A stretch of 63,764 bases of DNA, filler included, from Octopus bimaculoides (taxonomy: Eukaryota), in NCBI RefSeq assembly GCF_001194135.2. It is 6 parts of 6 records of this genome, joined end to end, with 100 filler letters (N's around TTAATTAATTAA, not from the genome) between each part and the next. Parts side by side here need not be neighbours in the genome. Positions count along the whole stretch, not along the records: positions 1 to 28,268 come from NC_068988.1; 5 more parts are not named here. The stretch is one strand, 5' to 3'. A model generated the notes under the pieces. The model ran no database searches. It was not told where the DNA came from and saw nothing but the letters and a program-made list of their open reading frames with translations. This document shows positions 1 to 11,552 of this stretch, one piece after another. The first letter of the stretch is position 1, and every line of letters starts with the position of its first letter. Position numbers and translations under genes: made by a program.

Positions 1-26
1 ATATATATGTATACATATATGTATAT

Positions 27-57
<31 letters not shown>

Positions 58-64
58 AATTTAT

Positions 65-174
65 AGTTTCAGCTTAGAGCTGCGGCCATGCTGATGCACC
101 GCCGTGTAAAAGACAGAGATATTCCGCTAAACATTTCAGCCGGTGCGGTAATGCTTCTGCCAAATCGCCGCGTT
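65..174 (-). mobile_element. Family-D SINE head fragment fused to a CR1 LINE 3' tail
   Basis: 108-174 aligns by eye with D-SINE heads at 33222 and 55738. 65-105 matches the CR1 3' UTR at 61868-61908 at 37/41 nt. An A/AT-rich tail follows. Confidence 0.7.
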
Positions 175-179
175 AAAAA
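175..179 (-). terminator. Pol III oligo-dT terminator (T5) of the 5S copy
   Basis: TTTTT on the minus strand about 10 nt past the 5S 3' end, after ATTATCCCCC. Confidence 0.7.
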
Positions 180-188
180 GGGGGATAA

Positions 189-307
189 TGCTTACAGCAC
201 CTAGGTTTCCCAAGCGGTCACCCATCTAAGTACTAACTAGGCTCGATGTTGCTTAACTTCGGTGATCGGACGAGAACCGGTGCTTTCAACGTGATATGGC
301 CGTAAGC
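189..307 (-). rRNA. 5S: 5S rRNA gene (dispersed copy, structure intact)
   Basis: Minus strand reads GCTTACGGCCATATCACGTTGAAAGCACCGGTTCTCGTCCGATCACCGAAGTTAAGCAACATCGAGCCTAGTTAGTACTTAGATGGGTGACCGCTTGGGAAACCTAGGTGCTGTAAGC. Helix I (GCTTACGGC/GCTGTAAGC) and CCTAG/CTAGG pair. Box A-like (AGTTAAGC) and box C-like (AGATGGGTGACCGC) elements are present. Confidence 0.93.
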
Positions 308-326
308 AATGTATATATGTATATAT

Positions 327-362
<36 letters not shown>

Positions 363-374
363 GTGTATGTATAA

Positions 375-695
375 GTTGCATGGCTTAGTGGTTAGGGCAT
401 TCGACTCATGATTGTAAGGTTGTGAGTTCAATTCCCGTCAATGCGTTGTGTCCTTGAGCAAGACACTTTATTTTCACATTGCTTCTGTCCACTCAGCTGG
501 CAAAAATGAGTAGTACCTGTATTTCAAAGGGCTAGCCTTGTCACACTCTGTGTCACGCTGAATCTCCCTGAGAACTACATTAAGAATATGTGTGCCTGTG
601 GAGTGCTCAACCATTTGCACGTTAATTTCATGATCAACCTGTTCCATTGATCAGATCGACTGGAACCCTCGTCATTGTAACCAATTGAGTGCTCC
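375..695 (+). mobile_element. tRNA-derived CORE-like SINE, family A
   Basis: A box TGGCTTAGTGG (381-391), B box GTTCAATTCC (426-435), CORE-like TCCTTGAGCAAGACACTT. The body recurs at 9209, 9553, 13810 and 16595. Confidence 0.85.
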
Positions 696-943
696 TATAT
701 ATATATGTATTATGTAAAATTATGTGTAAACACTGTTTAACAATAAATTGAAGATCACTCAGTACTTTTGCTGTATTCACTTTTACATGGAAAATGATGA
801 CACTGACTTTGAAGTCTCAGCTTATTTTCTGTCATCATATGCACACACATGCACAAATATGTGTATATATGTGTGTGAGTGTGTGTGTGTTTATATCTAC
901 ATATATATGTATATATATATGTGTGTGTGTGTGTATGTGTGTT

Positions 944-977
<34 letters not shown>

Positions 978-1001
978 CACACACATTATATATAAATATA
1001 A

Positions 1002-1041
<40 letters not shown>

Positions 1042-1042
1042 C

Positions 1043-1235
1043 TTCTTTCAGTCATTTGACTGCAACCATGCTGGGGCATCACTTTGAAGGGTTTTAGTTG
1101 AACAAACTGACCCTAGTACTTATTTTTTTCTAAGTCCAGTACTATTCTATCAGTCTCTTTTATCAAACCACTATGTTACAGGGATATAAAATACATATAT
1201 ATAGCCAGCACCGGTTGTCAAACGATGGTGGGGAA

Positions 1236-1301
<66 letters not shown>
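1043..1301 (-). mobile_element. Family-C SINE 3' half plus (CA)n
   Basis: Reverse complement of the C-SINE tail also seen at 1724-1935, 51025 and 57100-57265. Confidence 0.8.
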
Positions 1302-1723
1302 NNNNNNNNNNNNNNNNNNNNNNNNNNNNNNNNNNNNNNNNNNNNNNNNNNNNNNNNNNNNNNNNNNNNNNNNNNNNNNNNNNNNNNNNNNNNNNNNNNN
1401 NNNNNNNNNNNNNNNNNNNNNNNNNNNNNNNNNNNNNNNNNNNNNNNNNNNNNNNNNNNNNNNNNNNNNNNNNNNNNNNNNNNNNNNNNNNNNNNNNNNN
1501 NNNNNNNNNNNNNNNNNNNNNNNNNNNNNNNNNNNNNNNNNNNNNNNNNNNNNNNNNNNNNNNNNNNNNNNNNNNNNNNNNNNNNNNNNNNNNNNNNNNN
1601 NNNNNNNNNNNNNNNNNNNNNNNNNNNNNNNNNNNNNNNNNNNNNNNNNNNNNNNNNNNNNNNNNNNNNNNNNNNNNNNNNNNNNNNNNNNNNNNNNNNN
1701 NNNNNNNNNNNNNNNNNNNNNNN

Positions 1724-1935
1724 TGTGTGTGTGTGTGTGTTTGTCCCCCCACCATCGCTTGACAACCAATGTTGATGTGTTTACATCCCCATAACTTAGC
1801 AGTTCAGCAAAAGAGACCTATAAAATAAGTACTACACTTACAAAGAATAAGCCCTGGGGTCGATTTGTTTGACTAAAGGTGGTGCTCCAGCATGGCCACG
1901 GTCAAATAACTGAAACAAATACAAGAATAAAAGAA
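1724..1935 (+). mobile_element. Family-C SINE 3' half
   Basis: (TG)n, then TTGTCCCCC...GCTTGACAACC...GGTGGTGCTCCAGCATGGCC...CTGAAAC tail. Confidence 0.8.
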
Positions 1936-1966
<31 letters not shown>

Positions 1967-2489
1967 GATCTTTCCCCCATTGCTTTTCTCATTTGTATTG
2001 TCTTTCTTATTTTTCATCTTGTCTTCTCATTTCCGTGGTCTCTCTTTCATTCTTCCCTTCTTTCCCACAACATCTTTTTCGTTTTCTCTCCCTTTCCCTC
2101 TCTATCTCATCTCCACATTTTCGTTCTTTCTCTCTCTCTTTCTTTTCTCCTCTTTAAAACTATTTTTATCTCTCCTTCTCTCCTTCCCAATTTCTCTCTC
2201 TCCACTTTCTTTTCTTCTGACTATCTGTCCACCTCTCACTATCAACCTCACTTCCTCTCTCTCTCTCTCTTTCCTTTTTGTCCATTATTCTTCCTCTCTA
2301 TCACTCATAGTCTCTTTTCTCTCCTTATCTCTCACTCTCTGTCTCACTCTCTCTCTCCCTCTCTCTTTCTCCCCTCTTAATATCTCAGTCCCTTGCCCAG
2401 CACCATATAATACATTGACTATACAGCAACAACAGCAACAAGAACTAACTCCATTCAACCATAACTAGCCTGATTGATAAATCTCACCA

Positions 2490-2613
2490 AATCCACCACT
2501 CTCTCTCTCTCTTTCTCTCTCTCCCTTTCTCTCTCTCTCTCTTTCTCTCTCTCCCTTTCTCTCTCTCTCTCTTTCTCTCTCTCCCTTTCTCTCTCTCTCT
2601 CTTTCTCTTTCTC

Positions 2614-2683
<70 letters not shown>
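2490..2683. repeat. (CT)n microsatellite with 30-bp higher-order period
   Basis: CTCCCTTTCT CTCTCTCTCT CTTTCTCTCT repeated in successive 30-nt blocks. Confidence 0.9.
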
Positions 2684-2685
<2 letters not shown>

Positions 2686-3289
2686 GTACACAATCTCTTA
2701 CTCTCTCTAACACTCACTTACACTCTATCCCTCTCTTTACAACCTTCTCTTACTTTCCCTTACTCTCCTTAACTCTTTGATTTTCTATTTTCCCACGCCC
2801 CTCTCACTTCCTCTCTCTGTTCACTCTCTCTCTCTCTCTCTCTCTCCACCTCCCTCTACTTCCTCAGCAGCTTTTCTTTCTCTGTATGGGATATACTAGC
2901 AAATCTATTGGTTCCGACTACTGGAGCCTGTCTATATGGGATGGATGATGTCTACAGCAGCATCCACTGCTGCTGCTGCTGCTGCTGCCGCTGATATCGA
3001 TGCTTTCTTTTTTTTTCCCTGGCTCTTTAGTGGTTGTGCGTGTTGTTACTGTTGTGGTTGTTGTGGTTGTAGTTGTGGTGGTGGTGATTATTGTTGTTAT
3101 TGCATCTCAACAACTCGTTGTGATGTTTGTCCTTGCAGATGGATGTAAGTATATTTGAAGTCTGGACTTCAAATATACTGGTGAACAGAACTGGATAGCG
3201 GTCAGTCAGTAACGCTGGTGTTGCCACTGACCGAGGGACTTAATACTGATGATGCTGTAACTCTGTGTTTGTATTGTCAAACATACATA

Positions 3290-3329
<40 letters not shown>

Positions 3330-3538
3330 TACACACACACACACACACAGAGACGTACATATACAGACATACAAACATAGATAAATATANNNNNNNNNNN
3401 NNNNNNNNNNNNNNNNNNNNNNNNNNNNNNNNNNNNNNNNNNNNNNNNNNNNNNNNNNNNNNNNNNNNNNNNNNNNNNNNNNNNNNNNNNNNNNNNNNNN
3501 NNNNNNNNNNNNNNNNNNNNNNNNNNNNNNNNNNNNNN

Positions 3539-3573
<35 letters not shown>

Positions 3574-3646
3574 AGTTTACATACAGGCATACATTTCATA
3601 GAGATGGAAAGACGGCAAACACACAGACATATCTGTTTGTACTCAC

Positions 3647-3713
3647 CCTTACGTAAACAGAATTTCTGGAACCTTTCCGTAAGTTTGAAACACAACGCAA
3701 GCCAGTGGGACAT
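3647..3713 (-). CDS. Candidate first coding exon of an unidentified gene (MSHWLALCFKLTERFQKFCLRK/G)
   Basis: ATG at 3713 with A at -3, 22 codons plus 1 nt, then a strong donor AGG|GTGAGT. Lies in unique sequence. No homology recognised. Confidence 0.3.
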
Positions 3714-5593
3714 TTCTCTCCCGCAATCTCTGTAGCTGGATGGATCTCACATAAGAAACACAACAAAGTAAATTAGTATTTTGATTAGTATTTTAAATAG
3801 CCTCCAAAACACTGACCGTTTCTTTATTGAAAAGACATTGCGGCTGTTAGTGGCACTTGAAAAATATTAAGCATAGCAATAACAGCAATAACCACAATAA
3901 TAATTGTTAAATACTGATTTAATTAAATTTTCTGAGAGCATTTAAAGCTGTCTGTAAGTGGTGCCAATGCAAGTGGTACCGGGTTCTTGTGTCTCTGTTG
4001 CACAGAATTTCCTCCTTAACAAACCCAGCTACCCTTGCTTTTCTTTGCATTTTAAGACCTTCGTAGTTGTAAGAAATGGTATAAGAGAAGAGAAGTAATA
4101 AAGTATCTTGTATAAACAGAGTTGATAGCAATGAAGTGTGGCTAGAATGAGATACACAACATTGGTGCTGCTGCTAAGTCTCTCCTCGCAAAAGTAGAAA
4201 ACAAAGCAATACAAATACAAAGTTACGTAGAAAAAAAGGAGGAAGAAAAAAAAGAAAAGAAAAAGGGCCTTCAGAATAACCTGGAGCAAGGGAGTTTTAC
4301 ACAAGAACTACGACAATAATAATAACAAACAAGGAGCAAAGAATTATGGCAATGTATTTAACTCTCTCTTTGGTTTTCATTGGAAGAAAGGAAAAAAAGA
4401 AAATATAAAAATAAATCAGGAAAAGCATCATGTAATTAACCATGTTGCCATGATTGTTCCAAATGAGCTTTTTAATTCTTCGACAAAACAGAATTACCAA
4501 ATGGGCTACATTTTCTCTGTTTTAATCACAAGAAAGATAAGAACAATAATGAGAAAAAAATGAAATCTACAATCTTTTGGTTTGCACAAGAAGTTTGCAG
4601 TGAGCTACAGTTGTGTGCGGTGCAAAATTTTAGTAACTTGCAGCAAGTCTATGACTGGATCTTTCAGTTAAATATTTTCATGGGATCCTGATTTCTGTTT
4701 GTTTTTGTTTTATTTGTATCCCTTTCATCTTCTTTAGATTTCAATTTTCTGTCCTTTTTTTTTTCCACCCTCTCCACTTTAAAACAGTTTCCTATTTGCC
4801 AAATTTTCTTTTCTTTCTTCATTCTACATTTCTAATTATTTGATTATTTTTTCATTCTTTATATATAATTTTTTAACACCTCATTCATTTTTTTATTTAC
4901 TTTTCTGTTGTTTATAATTATTTGCAAATTGGAAAAAAAATGAAGAACTCTGTTACATCTCATGGTGCAAATAAGATGAGAGAAATTGTAGCAATTTGAA
5001 CTGGCACTGTTGATTCTTCATGCCATCTCTCTGTTCATCTTCAGTTTTTCTCTTCCTTACCTTCTTTTTGCCGTACCCTGCTTTCTTAAGGTCACTATGG
5101 CAACTTCAGGATTTACCGTTTCCGTTTCAAAAAGTGTCAAACAGATGGCAGGTTATGTCTTTTCACCATTACAATGTTGTCAAAACAAGGTAAGATCATC
5201 TCACTTCTCTATTGCTAAGTGTTATATGTGAAGGACTGAGCAGAGAAGCTGCGTTGATGGAGAAGGAACCAAAAGAAAGATAGATCGGTAGATAGATAGA
5301 TAGATGAGAGAGAGAGAGAGAGAGGAAGAAAGAGAGAGAAAGAGAGGCAGTAAATATATAGATGAAGGTTTACATAGAAAGACTGATAAAATGATAGGCA
5401 ACACATACAAAATCATATTTACTTCCTAAACACATATATAGATATGCACACATATCACACATCTATCTCTTTTGTACATGCAAGTATATATATAAACAAT
5501 GAACATAGCTTAAAATTTTTCAGAAATGAGTGAAAAATAAAATGTGATGTTAAGATCGAAAGTGAAAGTGAAAGAAGTAATGAGCAAGAAATT

Positions 5594-5647
<54 letters not shown>

Positions 5648-5750
5648 CAGACCGACTGATAGATAGATAGATATATAAATAGATAGACAGATAGATAGAT
5701 AAATAAATAAATGGACAGATAGATATGTGAAGAGACAGATACATAAAAAA

Positions 5751-5785
<35 letters not shown>

Positions 5786-5914
5786 TAGATAAATAAGTAG
5801 AATATATATCTATATAAATAGGTATATAAGGAGATGTATATCGCAACATAACCAGATAACTTAATTGATAGAATAACAGATAATGGTATAGACTGAGAAA
5901 GAGAGGAGAGAGAA

Positions 5915-6003
<89 letters not shown>

Positions 6004-7213
6004 AATGAGCAAACTAAATGAAGGTAAAATATCAAAGTTAACTCTTGGTGCACTAGAGTCCCGGTACTGTAGCTAAGAAATCTCCCTGCGCATCTTACTG
6101 CACCCTACCCCATCACTTCCATAACTGTGACCTCAACTATTTCTATCAGTGAAAGATCTTCCTCTTTCTTTCTTTCTTTCTTCCTCCCCCTCTCTCTCTT
6201 ACACTACCACCACCACTGCCACTTATCCCAATTATCAGAACTATCTCCGCCAGCACCACCATCACCGCCACATTCACTCCACCACTGTCCCACTCCAACC
6301 ACCATCCCTGCCAGCCCAACACAGCCGCCACAACCATCGTCACTATTGTTACTATCATTCTTAACTACAACTGCCACTGTGGCCACCATTGTCATCACCA
6401 CTCCATTCACAACCACCAGCAGGATCACCACCGTCTCCACCTTAATCACGTAGAGAAGCATTATTACCATGGCTGCCACCATCACCACCACCACCACCAC
6501 CACCACCACTTCTGCTGCCACCGTCGCCGGCACTGCCGCCGCCACCGTCGCCACCATTACTACTGCACTTCACCACCATTTGCCCCCCTCACCACCACCA
6601 ATACCTCGCAGGTCATTTCTTGTGATACATCATCCTGTGTATGTGTGTATTTACACATGCACGCACATGCACACATATATATATATATATATACATGTAC
6701 ATGTGTGTGCATATATGTGTGCATTGAGTGTATTTTTAATGTGTGCGTTGTGTGTATATTCATGTGTGTGTGTGTGTGCAAAGTTTGATTAACTCCCTTC
6801 TCAAAATAAAATTGATCGTCTTGTGAATGGGGATGGTACACTGCGATTGTCAGATCGCAGTTGTTGCACACAGCCTTGCAGCAGCAGCAGCGGCAGCAGC
6901 AACAGTAACAGCAGCAGTAACAGTGATGATGCATGTGTATGCAACAAGTCTTCATTGACAAACATTTATAGATACCATGATAAAGCTATGTTTAGAAAGC
7001 TGAGAGTCTAGATGTATGCTGAGTGTGTAGATCTGTGTGTATGTGTGTTTGCTTGAATTTGTGTGCATGTATGTGTTTATGTCTGTGTTTGTGTGTGTGT
7101 GTGTGTGTGTTTGTATCTGTATACACGTGCATGACTTTTCAAGTCTATCTTTGGATATATTTATACATGTGCGTGATCCATATCTGTGTGTATGTGCCTC
7201 TCTATGCGTTTCT

Positions 7214-7272
<59 letters not shown>

Positions 7273-7562
7273 GTCTGCCAATGTGTATGTGTGTGTGAGT
7301 GTTTGTGCATGTGTGCGTCTGTGAAATTATTAGTAATATCTGACTATTCACTTGTACTGTGTGCTTCGTTCCAATTAACACTCAAATAGATAGATGGACA
7401 GATAGATAGAAAGATAAGTAGAAAAATAAATAGATAGATAAATAGAGAGATAAATAAATAGATAGAGAGATAGATAGACATACATACAGACAGACAGACA
7501 GACAGATAGACAGACAGACTGATAGATAGATAGATAGATAGATAGATAGACAGACAGACAAG

Positions 7563-7602
<40 letters not shown>

Positions 7603-7863
7603 AAACTAGAGTGATAGATAGATGGATAGATAGACAGATATACAGGTATGTATGTTCGTATATGTATAATTTATAATGAGATGACTTTGCTCTTCTTTAC
7701 TTAGTTTCATAGGTACATATCTGCACATGTGAAACTTTAAGTAATGTGGAGCTCAGCCAACTTGTTATTAAATACAACTCTCTCTAAATACAGTGAGTTC
7801 TATTTTCTGTAATTCGTTCATCTACACATATGTGTGTGAATATATATATGCACACATACAAGC

Positions 7864-7896
<33 letters not shown>

Positions 7897-8004
7897 CCAT
7901 CACACCCTCCTCTTCCTCCTCATTGCTACAACTATCATTATCATCATCATCATCATTGTACCTTTATTGATACATACTACCATGTATATATCAATATATG
8001 TTGG

Positions 8005-8355
8005 CACTCTGTTGCTTATGACGTCGAGGGTTCCAGTTGATCCAATCAATGAAACAGCCTGCTCGTGAAATTAACGTGCACGTGTACCCTTAACGTAGTT
8101 CTCAGGGATATTCAACATGACACAGTGTGACAAGGCTGACCCTTTGAATTACAGGCACAGCAGAAACAGGAAGTAAGAGGGAGAGAAAGTGGTGGTAAAA
8201 GAGTACAGCAGAGTTCGCCACCATCCCCTGCCGGAGCCTCGTGAAGCTTTAGGTGTTTTCGCTCAATAAACACTCACAACACCCAGTCTGTGAAATGAAA
8301 CCGCGATCCTATGACCGTGAGTCCGCTGCCCTAACCACTGGGCCATTGCGCCTCC
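8005..8355 (-). mobile_element. Family-A SINE variant with a different central domain
   Basis: Reverse-complement tRNA head (CCCTAACCACTGGGCCATTGCGCC) and family-A tail. Confidence 0.8.
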
Positions 8356-8599
8356 TCATCAATATATATGCCAAACATATATTTGTATTTGTGAGCCTGT
8401 TAATTGCAGACTTTGTTATTGTTTATTGTTTCATCCTTAATGAACTCTGACTGATCAAGCAAAGTTATTATCAAAGACAATCCAGATGTGGTAATCCTGT
8501 CTTTTATTTAGGCAAAATGCATCTAGGATTCTGTCTATCCCATATGTTCTTTTTCATTTTACAGTAATAAGTTGGATTTAATGAATGGACACTAAACTC

Positions 8600-8730
8600 C
8601 ACTTGCGAAGACCTGTTGAGGCCAAATCAGATTGGAGCTTGGTGTAGCTATCTGGTTCACCAGTCCTCAGTCAAATCGTCCAACCCATGCTAGCATGGAA
8701 AGCGGATGTTAAACGATGATGATGATGATT
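8600..8730 (+). mobile_element. Family-B (RTE-tail) short retroposon
   Basis: Ends CGTCCAACCCATGCTAGCATGGAAAGCGGATGTTAAAC(GAT)n, the same tail as the RTE LINE at 48202. Confidence 0.8.
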
Positions 8731-9208
8731 AGTTGCTAATTCTAACAGGTTGAGTGACCATGCAGAGGCTCCTTTGTCAGCATGTACACATTGTTTATAT
8801 GCATCTATACTTACTTAAAGAGTGAAGGGCATTTCACTCTTTATAGAGCATAAGCCATTTTAAATTTTTCTCCACTGTTCTCTTTCCTGCTTCTCTCCAG
8901 TTGGATCCCTGTTTTTCAGCTCTGCCTTTCAGATTTTGTTGCATCATGTTTCTCTGAAAGCTGGCCTTCTGCTCCCTAGTCTTGTTGGTTTTGAATTTGT
9001 CACCAACACTTCTGTAACTTTGCTTTTTTCTAGATAGGGGTGTTAGCCCTACACAAACCCAATTTTACCTCTGTGGTCCATATTAGTTTGGCCTCTATCC
9101 TTTGACATGGAGCTTTCACTTTATTAGCATAGCTCTCAGGGTCACTGAGGCACACGGGTCACCATACTGCAATAAGGACAAGATTTTATGAGGGCATATG
9201 CATCCATA

Positions 9209-9510
9209 GTGAAGGCACATGGCTTAGTGCTTAGGGTGTTCAGCTCATGATCGTATGGTCATGAGTTCAATTCCTGGTGATGTGTTGTATCCTTGACAAG
9301 ACACTTATTTCATGTTGCTCCAGTTCACTCAGCTGGCAAAAATAAGTTGTACCTGTATTTCTGTGTCACGCTGAATCTCCCTGAGAACTATGTTAAGAGT
9401 ACACATATCTGTGGAGTGCTCAGCCACATTTATGCCACATTTATGGCAATTTCAGGCTGTTCTGCTGATCGGATCAATTGGAACCCTTGTCATTGTAATC
9501 AACAGAGTAC
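9209..9510 (+). mobile_element. Family-A SINE
   Basis: A box TGGCTTAGTGC, B box GTTCAATTCC, family-A body. Confidence 0.85.
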
Positions 9511-9552
9511 TAGTTTATATGCATACATGACTATGTTAATACCAGGATTAAA

Positions 9553-9881
9553 CTGGCACGCCATTGGTTAGGATGACAAAGGTTCCAGTTGATCTGATCA
9601 ATGGAACAGCCTGCTCATGAAATTAATGTGCAAGTGGCTGAGTGCTCTACAGACAATGCAAACCCCTAAAGTAGTTCTCAGGAAGATTCAGCATGACACA
9701 GAATGTGACAAGGCTGGCCCTTTGAATTGCAGGTAAAAAAACTAATTTTTGTTAGCTGAGTGGACTGGAGCAACATGAAATAAAGTGTCTTTCTCAAGGA
9801 CACAATGCTCTATTAGGTATCAAACTCATGACTTTATGGTTGTGAGCTGAATGCTCTGCACTCTAAGCCACAGACCTTCAC
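9553..9881 (-). mobile_element. Family-A SINE, inverted relative to 9209-9510
   Basis: Reverse complement of the family-A body and head. Confidence 0.85.
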
Positions 9882-11511
9882 AATATCGGAATCAAGTATT
9901 TGTGCTCAGTATGATCAATGTCTCTCAGTCAACCTTACTGTACTCATTTCTGGGACTGTTTTGGAAAAAGTAGTGCTGAACTAAAAACAAACTAACAACC
10001 AAACAAAAAAGTGTACATAAACCCTCAAGAGATATACTTTATTGCATATTAGTCTGAGTAATATAACTACTTATGAAGTTTTGATGATTTAAATACATCA
10101 AGGCCTTAATAGGGAAAGTAATATCTTGCTGTTGATGATAATATAAAGTTTTTACAATGACAGATCTAATGTTTTTCCAGCAAATCCTGTTCCACCTTTT
10201 AGGAGTTCCAACCTCATTTTGACTGTTTTTGGTATGGAAACCTTTTCTTCCTTGGTTTCTCAGGTCTTGTTTCAATATTTGTTACTATCACTAAGATCTG
10301 CACTTTTGGTTTCCCTTACTTGGGTTTGTATCCAAAGCTACCAAGACACTGAAGCAACCTCCTGCTTGACTAGGTTTTGATTCTCATACAAAACTTACTT
10401 ATGATGCACATTCATCATCTGGCTGGCCCACTGTTGGCTCTTCCATATAAAATTTTGGGTATTGGACAAGTCTGTCTGAATGTTATTACACACTTTTGAA
10501 CATACTCTAATTTTGCTGTTCTATTGTATATATTGATTGATACCTTTTCAGGGATCTAATGAGGTTAGACACAAGACAACAAGATGTTCAGTTCATTCTA
10601 GATGAATTATTCTTATTAAAAGTAGCCCATGCCCCTGTATACATCCCTGGCTTGCAGAGGGCCACCATCAATCAGTAAAACAGCAATCCATTTGATCTGT
10701 TTCAAATTTGAGATTAGAGTAACTTTTTCCATGTCCTTTAGTTATCCTGTCATTTACTTTGTTCAATAGAAATGTGTCTTTTACCTGCTAATGCCAGCTA
10801 TATTAAAGGAAACATTGCAGGAACCAGTTACTTGTCAGTTCAATTAATCCTCATCTCCTACACTCAGTTCTAATGATTGGTTAGCATATCAAAGACATTT
10901 CAAACTTTGGCTATCTCCTGACATGGCATGAATTGCTGTTTTGATTAGGAGTGGTTATGATAGTGTTGTTATTTTGACATAAGTTGACCCTGTTTGAACA
11001 AAGCATATGATCAAAGGCAGTCCAGCCATAACCATCTAATGGAGTGGGGAGTTCCTCTCAAAATTAAAGGAGACAGAGAGTTGTGAGAGGTTTTCTTTTG
11101 AAGGAGGGGTCTCTCAAATATTCATGGGCCTCTCCTTAGCTCTCTAGACCCTAGGCTGATACATCAGCTTAGGGTCTATCTAAACCCACATTATCTCTTA
11201 CAGGCCCTACACTCATGCACACACATACGTGTAATGTATACAGGCAAAAATACATACATCCATACACACAGATATAGAAGGCACATGCGCATGTGTGTGC
11301 ACACACACATACACACACACTCATATACATACCATATATGCATTTATACATACATACATTCATACATATATGTACATTTAAAGACACATTATTACATCAT
11401 TACATTATTACATCATTATGTAAAGCAATGTAACTAATACAGCACTACAGACTTTTCTCCAAAGATTCGATGACTGGTTTGTCATTACAGGCCACCAGCC
11501 TGTCTTACTTT

Positions 11512-11552
<41 letters not shown>

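Noticed and set aside
375-450. tRNA genes at SINE heads
   Set aside because: A and B boxes are present, but I could not build a cloverleaf and each runs into a SINE body.
1043-1935. Apparent large inverted repeat around the 1302-1723 gap
   Set aside because: These are two common family-C SINE tails on either side of a gap that breaks in (CA)n. The true arrangement cannot be judged.
10170-10700. Possible very old R4-like LINE remnant
   Set aside because: Only scattered partial motifs in shifting frames; not enough to support a call.
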